IMG/VR virus record: IMGVR_UViG_3300043436_005236
Coordinates: 1 to 64,000 of that record
Length of the DNA stretch: 64,000 nt
Source: a virus
Reading direction: 5' to 3' (one strand)
Within the stretch, counting starts at the first letter, position 1. Each line of letters starts with the position of its first letter. The notes below the pieces were generated by a model. That model did not search any database and had not been told where the DNA came from. It saw only the letters and a list, made by a program, of their open reading frames with translations. Positions 9,767-20,282 of this stretch are shown here, in pieces. The position numbers and the translations under genes were made by a program.

Positions 9767-12700
9767 CTACTCACCGAGTATAACAGTACTTTCATTATTA
9801 AATGCTGGAATTAGATCATACCCTCGATCTACCTGCGTACTTTCAAACAGCTTAATTTGAAGGTCGTAAATACTATTAATAGCGCGATTAACAACCCCCA
9901 GTATGCTCTTTTCGTTTTCACTAATGAAGTATTTTTCTATATTTGGTGTATTAAGAAACCCATCAGTAAATTCCTGATCTGTAATATTTAAGAAATCAAT
10001 ATTATAGTTATATCCACTATCTGTTAAAGTAAATACTCCTTTATCGTAAAATCCTGTAAAGCGACCTATAATATTGTTCTTTAATGTGAAAATATCGTAT
10101 AATACCTTATAAAGTTCCTTATTAATAGTTGATGCTTGAATATACTCATCTCTTGCAAGAGAAAAAGAATTAATTCCGTAATTTTTAAAGTTAGGCTGCT
10201 TGAGTATACTAACATAGTTACTAGGCTCTTGCATAAAATATATTCTTCCAGAACTAAAAAGGATAATATTATCGAAATTACCAGCAGATCTTGCTACCCG
10301 ACACGATTTAAATAGATCATCAACAGGCTGTGAAAAATTTACCTGCTTTTTATTTATTATTACGTTTGCGGTTGAGGTATTCGTTTGCACAACATACGAT
10401 GTAAGAGAATATGTAGAAAGATTAAATGTATAACCAGATATATCTTCAACAACAGTATTTGTTAAAATAGTAGATACAGTTTGTGTTTCTGTATTGTATA
10501 CCGTTGATGTTAAAACAGATGTAGCTGTATCATAAACAATTGTTGAAAGATATGTTGTAATCGTATTATACAATATCGTTGAAGAGTCTGTACTGAGACT
10601 TGTTATAATTGTAACAAGCGAAGATAGATTTACAGAACTCACAACATTAAAACTTACATTAATTGAGCTTGTAGATGTTAAGACTGTAGTTATAGTATTA
10701 GCGCTAGTTGTTGAAATTAAAGTTGTAAAAGAGTTTGTACTCAAGCTTGAAACAAGAACGCTAATGCTTGAAGGGACGGTAACAATCGATGTATACCGTG
10801 CACTCTCATATAAATCAACATCAACATACGTATTTTTAATTCCTGGCGTTACAGGTAATGCAGCCGACCCGATAGTGTAAAATGTAAGATGGTCGTTACT
10901 GCCTTGTATAGTAACAAACGGAGGTGTATAGACGTCATTGACAGTATTAACTAAAACTCTCGCACCGCTTAGCGATATTGGATCTACCAAATCAATCTCG
11001 ACAAAACTGTTATTAGAAGTAGCTTCGTTGTCGGTATATAGTGGAACCCAAGGCTTAAGTGAAAGGCTATTATTAGTAGGTATGCTAAATATTTGTGTAG
11101 GTGGGTAAGCATAAACCTGTGTATCATTAAAGGATTCTAATTTTCTATAAAAATCGCCCCTTATAATATAATCCAACCTTTGATATTTTTTTGACCAGCT
11201 AGGAGCATTCCTTTTAAACAGAGGCATAAATTCTGTCTTATATGTCGATTCTCTTTGACCTGTTACAGGGTCAGGGCTCGTTATAGTATCAATTATTGTA
11301 ATAGGCTGTGTAAAGGCTTTTTCTGCTTCTGCAGATTGTACTACAGGCTCCCAATTCCACCCTGTAAAACTATCAGTATTTTCGAGCTTAGGTATATCGA
11401 GCGTGACAGAATAAAGACCTGTTAAATTAGATGGTTGTGAAAGTGCTTGTGTATCTCTTCCTTTCACTGCGCTAAGCGCTCCATCTGTATGCATTAGAAT
11501 GCGATAATACCTATAAGGTTTGGTTATAGGCGTTGAAACTACCTGTGTTAAAGTATTAACTACATTCCAATAAAATTTCGCATCTTTAAATTGTACTTGT
11601 GTATTATTCCAAAAGTTATTAATAGGTATTTTATTATTATAAACAAAATAATCCGTGTTCGGTACCTCAGTAACTACAATACTCGAAATAGGAATATTAA
11701 ATGTCGACACAGTCTCTACAATACTTGTAGCTGTTCCAGCTACTGCTGATATTATCGGTACATCTATAGTGCTAGCACTTAGCGCAGTTAATAGGATTGT
11801 TTGAGTATAGGAACTTAAAATCTGTACCGGAATTTCAATATTCTGCGTACTAACTGTAGTTAAAAAAGTAACAAAAGTATTAGAACTAAGACTCGTTATA
11901 GGCGAAGTAACAGAACTAGCACTTACACTTGTAATAGTGGTTGTAAGTGTAAGTGTACTTAAAGTAGATACAGTGCTTGTAATAGTTGTCGTACTAAGAC
12001 TAGTTAAAGTTGTGTAACTGGTATCCGAGCTAATCCCTGTAACAGTTGTGGTATATGTAGATGTGCTTAATGCTGAAACCGTTGTATGTAGCGTTGTTGT
12101 ACTTAAAGCAGAAATTTGTGATGTTGTCGAAACAACATAATTATCCCACTCTTTTGCTCTATAGGTATTGATATTATTTGAAAAAATATTTTTAACTTGA
12201 AATCTACCCACTAGCGTGTTAGGTCTATTAATAAGTTTTTTATATGTATAATGAGATGTACATAAGTACCATATATTGCTATCGCTATGTGAAAACGAAA
12301 TACTTCCTATTGTTTCTTCCCTCTCAAGAACTTCTGGTAAAATATATTCATTACGTAATTTAAAATCACTATCATATACGTATAGCTTTATAACATTAAA
12401 CTCAGTTGTTGTAATCACATATAAATTGTTTGTAAGCTGGTTAAACTCTATTGCAGCGAGCGTTTCAGATCTAAGCGGTATACCGCGTAATTGTTGTATA
12501 AAGTTAAAGTTTATATCGTATATTTTGCAAATATAATTGCTCGAATCATATACAACTACATTCTCACTATTACATGATATCTGCTTAGGCTGCTTAAACC
12601 GCGAAGGGTCTGTTACTATCCCCTGACCTCCAATTACCTCGATAAAGTTGCGTCGATTAGCGAGAGCATAATCACCGGTAAAATAACCAGCTATTTCGTA

Positions 12701-13411
12701 TTTATAAATAAGATCATTTTTAGAATCTGTTATATAAAGAAACTTATCATTAATAGTAATATCTTCCAAAAATCCAAACGGTAGCTCGTTTTCGACTGTT
12801 TGGATTTTATCAGATACTTCTACAATACTAGCACTTGCGTTATTACAAGTTAATGACACAAAAGCAGTATCTGTAATACCTAGAATAGCGTACGATTCAA
12901 GTTCTGTATTAATCTGCTTAACAACAAACTGCTTAATACCACCTAACGAACTAAAAACAGACGATGCATCAAACGTAACATTACCTTCAAACGATGTTAA
13001 ACGTGTAAGTTCTGTATCATTTGCTGTTTTTACCGCTAAAAACGAAACATTGTCTGAAAACGGTATATTATTATTAGCTAGAAAAAGCCTTGAATATAAA
13101 TATAAGTTATTTTCATGAAGTTTGTTAATCTTCTCCTTTACTATATTGTAATTAAGGTGATCGTTACTACTAATAGTGACACTTTCGCGATTATATGGTA
13201 ACTCTACAACATCATCAACAACACGATCAAGAAAGTATTTTGAGGTTTTTAAATCTGTAGCAAAGCACTGTATCGGCGTTAGAAGCTTGCGTGTATCGCT
13301 CACACAAGGAATACCATTAATTACCTCAACATAACCCTCAAAAGCCTCCGAATCTAACTGAAACTCGCCTATGTTACTAAAAAATCTTTTATATTTGCTA
13401 TAATCTATCAT
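9767..13411 (-). CDS. Large baseplate/virion protein: NHL-like propeller, two Ser/Thr-rich 12-mer stalks around a discoidin-like domain
   Basis: LYITDS, FKQPKQI, VVYDSSN (NHL-like); S/T tracts; YRYYRI, EIDL...IQGSND...ARY (F5/8C-like). Confidence 0.55.
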   Translation of the reverse strand: MIDYSKYKRFFSNIGEFQLDSEAFEGYVEVINGIPCVSDTRKLLTPIQCFATDLKTSKYFLDRVVDDVVELPYNRESVTISSNDHLNYNIVKEKINKLHENNLYLYSRLFLANNNIPFSDNVSFLAVKTANDTELTRLTSFEGNVTFDASSVFSSLGGIKQFVVKQINTELESYAILGITDTAFVSLTCNNASASIVEVSDKIQTVENELPFGFLEDITINDKFLYITDSKNDLIYKYEIAGYFTGDYALANRRNFIEVIGGQGIVTDPSRFKQPKQISCNSENVVVYDSSNYICKIYDINFNFIQQLRGIPLRSETLAAIEFNQLTNNLYVITTTEFNVIKLYVYDSDFKLRNEYILPEVLEREETIGSISFSHSDSNIWYLCTSHYTYKKLINRPNTLVGRFQVKNIFSNNINTYRAKEWDNYVVSTTSQISALSTTTLHTTVSALSTSTYTTTVTGISSDTSYTTLTSLSTTTITSTVSTLSTLTLTTTITSVSASSVTSPITSLSSNTFVTFLTTVSTQNIEIPVQILSSYTQTILLTALSASTIDVPIISAVAGTATSIVETVSTFNIPISSIVVTEVPNTDYFVYNNKIPINNFWNNTQVQFKDAKFYWNVVNTLTQVVSTPITKPYRYYRILMHTDGALSAVKGRDTQALSQPSNLTGLYSVTLDIPKLENTDSFTGWNWEPVVQSAEAEKAFTQPITIIDTITSPDPVTGQRESTYKTEFMPLFKRNAPSWSKKYQRLDYIIRGDFYRKLESFNDTQVYAYPPTQIFSIPTNNSLSLKPWVPLYTDNEATSNNSFVEIDLVDPISLSGARVLVNTVNDVYTPPFVTIQGSNDHLTFYTIGSAALPVTPGIKNTYVDVDLYESARYTSIVTVPSSISVLVSSLSTNSFTTLISTTSANTITTVLTSTSSINVSFNVVSSVNLSSLVTIITSLSTDSSTILYNTITTYLSTIVYDTATSVLTSTVYNTETQTVSTILTNTVVEDISGYTFNLSTYSLTSYVVQTNTSTANVIINKKQVNFSQPVDDLFKSCRVARSAGNFDNIILFSSGRIYFMQEPSNYVSILKQPNFKNYGINSFSLARDEYIQASTINKELYKVLYDIFTLKNNIIGRFTGFYDKGVFTLTDSGYNYNIDFLNITDQEFTDGFLNTPNIEKYFISENEKSILGVVNRAINSIYDLQIKLFESTQVDRGYDLIPAFNNESTVILGE

Positions 13412-16400
13412 CTGCTATCAAGAAAATTTATATTATTAATACTAATACCTATAGGTAGTAGGCTTCTTACCTGCTCAAACACCACATTGCGAATATCATT
13501 ACGTATATTTTCATTTGCTATACTTAAATTTTTAATATTAATATCGATATTTTTAGAAGAATTATCATTAGAGTATTTAAACACGCGTTCTATTTCTTCA
13601 ATATTATTCCGCTGACCGCAAGGAATAGATAAAACAAGATCGTTAATTGTTGTATCATGTAAACTTATTGCTATTATTTCATCATCTCTAACCGCTCTAT
13701 CATAAATAAACAAATTCTTCATTTCAAGTCCGTTAATGAAGTATGAACCTGGCTGACGTAGATATGTTGCGAGATCTACTCCGTTATAAAATCCTGTTGT
13801 ACCGATAAAGATATCATCTGCAAATATATTTTGTATTTTATATTTACCAGGCGATACAGCAAGATTCTTATACTGTACACCATCAACAAAAAGTGTTATG
13901 TTTCCTTGTATCGAGTCGAATCTATATGTAAAGGTATGGTAGCCTATATCTATATCTTGTAAATTAAAAATAATATTTTTATTAATAACATCTTCGGTGT
14001 TTAAATAATTAACAAGTGTTAAATTAAATCTAAGCGCGTTATTAATTTCTGTCGTTGCAATATAATTAAAATTTGTCTGTGGATGCCTAGCACCAACCCC
14101 CGGAGGTGTTTTTATCGCATATTGTGCTGAGAGTCCTAAACTATACGGTGTGATATTAACATCACCTTCTTCTGGTTGTACGAGGGCTAAATGTAGGTTA
14201 TTCGTTCGGTCAAGAAGAAGTAAGCTTAGCGAGGTAAGCCGTTCCGGTAAGCTATAATCTGCCTTAACAAAGTCTACTCCTAAAATTTTACTACCCGATA
14301 ATATATCATTAGTATTAGATAGCGCTATATCGTAAAGCTTTCTTCTTTTATCAGAAAATAATGTCACGTTATCACCCCACGCAATAGCTATATTTTTTTC
14401 ATCATCAATATTAAAGTCAGTAATAGCGTAATTAGACTTCGCAAAAGTATCAAGAACATTTGTCTTGAGATCATATCGAATCAAAGAGCGACCTGACTGA
14501 ACATAAAAAATCTTGCTAGAATTATATGCATCAAATTTTACCCTATCACCTGGCACATAATAATATATATCATTATACTTTATAATACTTTGAGCGTAGT
14601 TTTCTATTAACGGTAAGTCTTTATAAATCGTAAGAGGCTCTGCATTAAAATACGATACTATCTGTAAACTATATTTACGAACCTGTATGCATGCTCCGGC
14701 CTCATTAACAAGAAAAGTAATAGTCTCATCATCTTGGTGAAAGTTTTTATAGCCGACAATCTCAGGTAAAATTTCAAGCTTAACTTTATTTCCGAGTGCA
14801 TTAACTTTATAAATGTAACCATCATTACACGCAACATAAAAATCTTCTAGTGGCTTGTTAATAATAAGATCACGTATAGGCTTATCAAACGTAGTCTGTG
14901 AGAGTAAGACATAATCGGTGTTATAAATATATAGTTTCTCTTTATTACGTACATATATAAACGGAGTTATAACTACATCGTTTTGTACACCGAAGCCATG
15001 TGATGTCTTATTACCGAGTATTTGATAACCGTAAGACTTATCTGGGTTAACATAAAGCTCAAACGATATAGTAAACTGGCTGGTGTTGTTAATCTCTGCT
15101 ACGCTGTATCTATTATATTTTGTAGAGTCGTAGAGTATACTAGTTCCTTCAAAAGGAACTATATTATTTTTCGTATTATAGTAACTTGTAATACCGTATA
15201 CATACGGGCTAGACAAACGAACCACCTGTTTGAAGTCCTGGCTATCCAATCTTTGATACATCATTTTAGCATTCGGCTCCAGACATACATCGCTTGTTTT
15301 ATCAAAAAATGCTTCTTTGGCGACATCAGATGCATAGCGTCTTATAACAGTAGTATCTACATCGTTTAAAAACGACGCTCTAAAATTTTGTGCAGTAAGA
15401 GCTGCTTCTTTTGTAATAGCGTCAGGGTAATAATACCGATCTACCCACAATCCTGATGCTTGTAGGTTATTTGCTGACAGCCATGTACATAAATACCGAC
15501 CATTATTACTTTGGGTGGTGTCTTTTCTTTTTAAAAACACCTTATCAGAAAATAGCGGTGATGGACCGCCTAAACTACCATTTAATACAAACCTAGAATC
15601 GTTTATATTTAACTTATCATATGGGTATATAGAAGAAGGTACGGTGAAGTATGTATCAGTACCGTTTTTTATTTTTATATCTTTATCGTAAAAAACGTAA
15701 TTAAGACTTATATTGTCATTGCCCTTTTCTTGATCGTTTCCCGTATGCAATGTTGTATATTCACGAAAATCTGCATCAGGGGTGTTGTATTTATCTGTAA
15801 AAAGATTAGATCCACGCTTTATAAAGCCTTTTTCAGAGCGATCTGTGTTTAATGTTAGGTAATTGAGATTTAAATTAGATGGGTCGTTGTACGCAGTGTG
15901 TAGAAGGTACTGACCTGGCCTATTGTAACTTGAGCGCTCGTCATCTGGTGTTAAGGTATTGACTTTATTTTTATCATAACCAACCCAACTCGAATTACCC
16001 TTTAATTCAATCTTATTAAAAGCATAATTAATACGAATAAGCGTATTGCTTGACTTATTCAAAGTATTGCCAATTATCGGAATAAGTGTAAGCTTCGTGC
16101 CACTCAATGATAGTATTTTAATTTCATCGTCAACACGCTTAAATAGTTGTAAATAGCCATCATCGTCTACAAGATATCTAAACATATCGCTACGTTCAGA
16201 TGTAAGTGGTATACTTTCCGATCTATAGTTAAAAAATGCAATTTGATCTTCATTTACTGCATTAAGGAAAAAATCATATTTACCATTATTGTGTTTTATA
16301 CGTAAAAATTCATTACTTAAGAACTCTATTTCAAAATAAATATTATTTAAAAAAGTCGTACATAAAGAAGGTGTCACGGTATATGGCCGTGCTGCATCTG

Positions 16401-16740
16401 TCGCAGACAGACCTGTTGTACTATAGATATACAAATATTTAAAATTATCGGCACCGTGTAGGGGGTTAAAAATGAGCGGCGATGTAATATTATTACGAGT
16501 ATTATCCTTTACATCATAAGAAAAAACATCACTGTGAAGGCGCTTATTTGTAATATACTGCGAGGTATAATTGTTTATCGTTGTATCGTTTATACCAGAA
16601 AGGGCGTCAATTTCGTTAAGTGTAAATCCCTGCTCATATGTTGTTTTTTGCTGTTTATAGGTAAAAAACGAATCATTATATGTTGCTGTGGGAGTTAATA
16701 TTGAAGCAACGCTATATATATCTAGAGTATCCACTACCAT
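13408..16740 (-). CDS. Large virion protein with LamG-like domain and beta-propeller-like region
   Basis: FTISFELY; YHTFTYRFD...ITLFVDG; IFIG...MKNLFIYDRAVRDDEI are LamG-type motifs. Confidence 0.55.
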   Translation of the reverse strand: MVVDTLDIYSVASILTPTATYNDSFFTYKQQKTTYEQGFTLNEIDALSGINDTTINNYTSQYITNKRLHSDVFSYDVKDNTRNNITSPLIFNPLHGADNFKYLYIYSTTGLSATDAARPYTVTPSLCTTFLNNIYFEIEFLSNEFLRIKHNNGKYDFFLNAVNEDQIAFFNYRSESIPLTSERSDMFRYLVDDDGYLQLFKRVDDEIKILSLSGTKLTLIPIIGNTLNKSSNTLIRINYAFNKIELKGNSSWVGYDKNKVNTLTPDDERSSYNRPGQYLLHTAYNDPSNLNLNYLTLNTDRSEKGFIKRGSNLFTDKYNTPDADFREYTTLHTGNDQEKGNDNISLNYVFYDKDIKIKNGTDTYFTVPSSIYPYDKLNINDSRFVLNGSLGGPSPLFSDKVFLKRKDTTQSNNGRYLCTWLSANNLQASGLWVDRYYYPDAITKEAALTAQNFRASFLNDVDTTVIRRYASDVAKEAFFDKTSDVCLEPNAKMMYQRLDSQDFKQVVRLSSPYVYGITSYYNTKNNIVPFEGTSILYDSTKYNRYSVAEINNTSQFTISFELYVNPDKSYGYQILGNKTSHGFGVQNDVVITPFIYVRNKEKLYIYNTDYVLLSQTTFDKPIRDLIINKPLEDFYVACNDGYIYKVNALGNKVKLEILPEIVGYKNFHQDDETITFLVNEAGACIQVRKYSLQIVSYFNAEPLTIYKDLPLIENYAQSIIKYNDIYYYVPGDRVKFDAYNSSKIFYVQSGRSLIRYDLKTNVLDTFAKSNYAITDFNIDDEKNIAIAWGDNVTLFSDKRRKLYDIALSNTNDILSGSKILGVDFVKADYSLPERLTSLSLLLLDRTNNLHLALVQPEEGDVNITPYSLGLSAQYAIKTPPGVGARHPQTNFNYIATTEINNALRFNLTLVNYLNTEDVINKNIIFNLQDIDIGYHTFTYRFDSIQGNITLFVDGVQYKNLAVSPGKYKIQNIFADDIFIGTTGFYNGVDLATYLRQPGSYFINGLEMKNLFIYDRAVRDDEIIAISLHDTTINDLVLSIPCGQRNNIEEIERVFKYSNDNSSKNIDINIKNLSIANENIRNDIRNVVFEQVRSLLPIGISINNINFLDSR

Positions 16741-16787
16741 TATTTATGTGTATGAAAGTTTTTAGTGTGGTAATTTTTCGGTACCCA

Positions 16788-16813
16788 TATAAATAGTTTG
16801 AGATTTATAAATA
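16788..16813 (+). promoter_or_regulatory. Two perfect T4-type late promoter boxes upstream of the glycosyltransferase operon
   Basis: TATAAATA at 16788-16795 and 16806-16813, matching the T4 gp55-dependent late consensus. Confidence 0.7.
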
Positions 16814-18069
16814 TGGCCAAAAAAAAATCACAGCCAACAATTTTTATACAAATTGCAGCGTATAGAGATCCACAATTGCAGCCTACAATAGAAGATTGTA
16901 TCTCAAAAGCTAAAGCTCCTAAAAATTTACGCTTTTGCATTGCATGGCAGCATGCTCCGGAAGATGTTTTACCTGAAGATTATTTTAATGACTCGCGATT
17001 TAAAATTATCGATATACCCTATCAAGAGAGTAAAGGCGCGTGCTGGGCGCGCAATCAAATTCAGCAGCATTATAACGGTGAAACATATACATTGCAGCTA
17101 GATAGTCACCATCGGTTTGTACAAGACTGGGATCAACAACTGATCGATATGCTTGAAGGTCTTAGAAAAAAAGGTCACAAAAAACCTTTGTTAACCGGTT
17201 ATATTTCAAGCTTTGACCCTGATAACGACCCAGCTGGCCGTGTTGATGCGCCGTGGAAGATGGATTTTGATAGATTTATACCAGAAGGTGCAATATTCTT
17301 CCTACCAGCTACAATACCAGCAGAGCAACGACACGAGCCCGTGCCTTCACGATTCTATTCAGCACACTTCTGTTTTACTGATGGTATTTTCTGTAAAGAA
17401 GTGCCACATGACCCCGAATATTACTTCCACGGTGAAGAAATATCTATTGCTGTACGAGCATTTACATGGGGCTATGATCTATTTCACCCCAATAAAGTTA
17501 TTGCTTGGCACGAATACACGAGAAAAGGTAGAACAAAGCAGTGGGACGATGACAAAGATTGGGGTATTCGCAATGAAAAATGCCATTTAAAGAACAGAAA
17601 GTTATTTGAGATGGATGGTGAGGTTCGTGATATAGATTTTGGTATATATGGATTCGGACCGGTAAGAACACTGCAAGAATATGAACACTATGCAGGTATA
17701 AGCTTTAAGAAAAGAGCTATTCAACGCGAGACATATAACCACATACCACCACCAAATCCACAATACAAGACGCAAGAAGAATTCGAAGCCTCGCTGCTTC
17801 ATATCTTTAAGCACTGTATTGATATTACCTATACGCAGGTACCTGAAAAGGATTATGAGTTTTGGGTTGTTGCGTTCCACGATGAAAAAGACGATACTCT
17901 TTATAGGAAAGATGCACATATTGATGAAATTAATAATATGATGCAGGATCCTGACGGGTATTGTAAAATTTGGAGAGACTTCCAAACAACCTCTAAACCA
18001 AAATATTGGGTTGTATGGCCATATAGCACATCAAAAGGATGGTGTGATAGAATAACCGGTAATTTATAA
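16813..18069 (+). CDS. GT60-family polypeptide alpha-GlcNAc transferase (Gnt1/Gnt2-like); start probably ATG 16813
   Basis: IFIQIAAYRDPQL, SKGACWAR, YTLQLDSHHRFVQDWD (DSH motif), FYSAHFCF, VPHDP..YFHGEEISIAVRAFTWGYDLFHP...WHEY are hallmark GT60 motifs. Confidence 0.85.
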   Translation: MAKKKSQPTIFIQIAAYRDPQLQPTIEDCISKAKAPKNLRFCIAWQHAPEDVLPEDYFNDSRFKIIDIPYQESKGACWARNQIQQHYNGETYTLQLDSHHRFVQDWDQQLIDMLEGLRKKGHKKPLLTGYISSFDPDNDPAGRVDAPWKMDFDRFIPEGAIFFLPATIPAEQRHEPVPSRFYSAHFCFTDGIFCKEVPHDPEYYFHGEEISIAVRAFTWGYDLFHPNKVIAWHEYTRKGRTKQWDDDKDWGIRNEKCHLKNRKLFEMDGEVRDIDFGIYGFGPVRTLQEYEHYAGISFKKRAIQRETYNHIPPPNPQYKTQEEFEASLLHIFKHCIDITYTQVPEKDYEFWVVAFHDEKDDTLYRKDAHIDEINNMMQDPDGYCKIWRDFQTTSKPKYWVVWPYSTSKGWCDRITGNL

Positions 18070-18072
18070 AAT

Positions 18073-19335
18073 ATGAAGATAGTTGTTTGTCAATATTACA
18101 CTTCAAATATTTCTTATGGTAAATTTTCTGAAGAAATTAATAAAAAATATTGTGAAGATAATGGTTATGTTTATTATCTTGAAAAAGATGGTAATAAAAT
18201 AAAAAATAAAATAGGTTCTCGTTCGTGTCATTGGTATAAACCTTTTTTAATTGAGGAAGTTTTTAATTCACATCCTGATTGTGAGTATATCTTATTCATG
18301 GATATTGATGCAGTTTTCTGTAATAATAAGAGACAAATTGAAGAATTTATTACTAATGACTTTAGTATATTAATGACTGAAGATCACGGACCATCACTAG
18401 TTAATTCTGGTGTTATGTTAATAAAAAATAATCAATTCTCTAAAGATTTTATAAAAGATTGGTGGAATATATGTGAAGAATATCCTTTGTATAAAGAAGG
18501 CTTGTGGCATGATCAAACATGTATTGGTTTATGGTATAACAGACAAGAAAATACTAATGAATTTAAAATAATTCCAAATGACGATTTTAACGCTAGAGAA
18601 TATAAATCCGATAAATTTATCTTCCATGCGTTTTCATATGGTATGTTACCCAATAGAACTATAGATTCAATCTATTACGACAAATTTAATATTGATAAAC
18701 AATTCCAAGATAAAAATTTATATGAGATTGGTGAATATTTTGGGACCGATAAACAATATCTTCACAACTATTACAACAGATTTTATCAAAAATTATTACA
18801 ACCGTATCAAGAAAAATGTGATATTTTAGAAATCGGTGTTTTAGATGGTGCGTCACTAAATGTTTGGAACGAATATTTTGATGAAGGGGTTATTCATGGT
18901 ATTGATATTAATAATTACCAATCAGATATTGAGAGGGTTAGGATGTTTAATGTAGACCAATCTAATGAAGATTCTTTATATGATTTCTCAAACAATGGAT
19001 TTATGTATGATGTAATTATTGATGATGGTTCTCATAAAATGAACGATGTTCAAATTACCGCACAGATTTTATTCGAGAATGTTAAATCGGGTGGTGTACT
19101 AGTAATTGAAGATTTACAAACATCGTTAGAGTGTAGAATGCCGTCAAAGGCGGTATTTGGCTGGGGGGACCCGACTAAAACAACAGCGTTAGACATGTTA
19201 AATAGTATTATTAATGGTAATCCATATACCGATTATAAAACAGAAAGGTGGGAATCTTTCCTAAACAATATAGAATCAATTCAAATATCTAACGATAGAG
19301 ACGATTCAATCTACGCAATTATTATAAAAAAATGA
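18073..19335 (+). CDS. GT34-like glycosyltransferase fused to class I SAM-dependent O-methyltransferase
   Basis: N-term KYCEDNGY, WYKP, ILFMDIDA (DxD), NSGVMLIKN, WHDQ; C-term GTDK..LHNY, ILEIGVLDGASL, GIDI, DVIIDDGSH, GGVLVIEDL. Confidence 0.8.
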   Translation: MKIVVCQYYTSNISYGKFSEEINKKYCEDNGYVYYLEKDGNKIKNKIGSRSCHWYKPFLIEEVFNSHPDCEYILFMDIDAVFCNNKRQIEEFITNDFSILMTEDHGPSLVNSGVMLIKNNQFSKDFIKDWWNICEEYPLYKEGLWHDQTCIGLWYNRQENTNEFKIIPNDDFNAREYKSDKFIFHAFSYGMLPNRTIDSIYYDKFNIDKQFQDKNLYEIGEYFGTDKQYLHNYYNRFYQKLLQPYQEKCDILEIGVLDGASLNVWNEYFDEGVIHGIDINNYQSDIERVRMFNVDQSNEDSLYDFSNNGFMYDVIIDDGSHKMNDVQITAQILFENVKSGGVLVIEDLQTSLECRMPSKAVFGWGDPTKTTALDMLNSIINGNPYTDYKTERWESFLNNIESIQISNDRDDSIYAIIIKK

Positions 19336-20279
19336 ATGCAATAGTATATCATATTTTTTGTGTTGGTGATTACTTAAATGTTGTAAAATCACAAGTAGAG
19401 AAATTAAAAGTATCAGGATTATATGATTGGTGCGATACTTTAGAGGTATCTTGTGTGGACTTAGAAGGTAAATATCAAGGTATTGATGAAATCTTTAATG
19501 GAATGAATAAAGTTAATTTATTCAAAACAAATCAAAACACTTACGAGTATTGGGGTATTAATAAAGTTTGGGAATTATCACAAGAAAATGATGGTAAAGT
19601 ATTTTATTTTCACGCGAAAGGTGTATCAAATACCTACAAAAATTTAGTAACCAAAGAAATTTCAAATTGGAAAGTTGAGGGTATTAAAATTTGGAGGGAT
19701 GCTTTAGAATATTACCTTATAGATAACTTTCAAAAATGTATTGATGATTTAAATGAACACGATACTTGTGGTATGACTTGTGTTGGTAATTGGTTTTGGG
19801 GTAATTTTTGGTGGGCTAATTTGTCATTTGTTAGAGGGAATGATAAACCTGTTCATGGAGATAGATGGTATTTTGAGAATTGGTTACATCATGCTAGACA
19901 TTATAAATCCAAAGAATATTTTCATTTTGAGTGGAACCCCTACTTTTCAAATTTACCAATAAATGCTTATATAGACTTAGAATTTTTTAAGAATAAAGAG
20001 ATTGAGGTGTTAAATGGTTTATTTGGTACAACAGGAATTCAATTAGACGAAGGGTATCCTTCAGAAATCCCGATACAACAAAATGATGTAACAGAACTAA
20101 TTGTTGATAATTTAAAAAGTAATAATGGTAAGTTTATTAATTTACGTGTGGATACTAACATTATGGGTGAACCAATTCATGATATGAGAAAATTTCTAAT
20201 TATGATGATTAAAATTGGTAGTGAAACCTATAGAATTGCATATAATGAAAACTTTAATGTAAGTTTAAAATTTGAGTAA
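19332..20279 (+). CDS. Putative glycosyltransferase-like protein with C-terminal lectin-like domain
   Basis: YHIFC, YFHAKGVS, GNFWWAN, DRWYFENW motifs seen in viral glycan-cluster proteins; C-term DVTELI...RVDTNIMGEP...KFL resembles small lectin-like modules; coupled overlap with the upstream gene. Confidence 0.5.
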   Translation: MNAIVYHIFCVGDYLNVVKSQVEKLKVSGLYDWCDTLEVSCVDLEGKYQGIDEIFNGMNKVNLFKTNQNTYEYWGINKVWELSQENDGKVFYFHAKGVSNTYKNLVTKEISNWKVEGIKIWRDALEYYLIDNFQKCIDDLNEHDTCGMTCVGNWFWGNFWWANLSFVRGNDKPVHGDRWYFENWLHHARHYKSKEYFHFEWNPYFSNLPINAYIDLEFFKNKEIEVLNGLFGTTGIQLDEGYPSEIPIQQNDVTELIVDNLKSNNGKFINLRVDTNIMGEPIHDMRKFLIMMIKIGSETYRIAYNENFNVSLKFE

Positions 20280-20282
20280 AAT

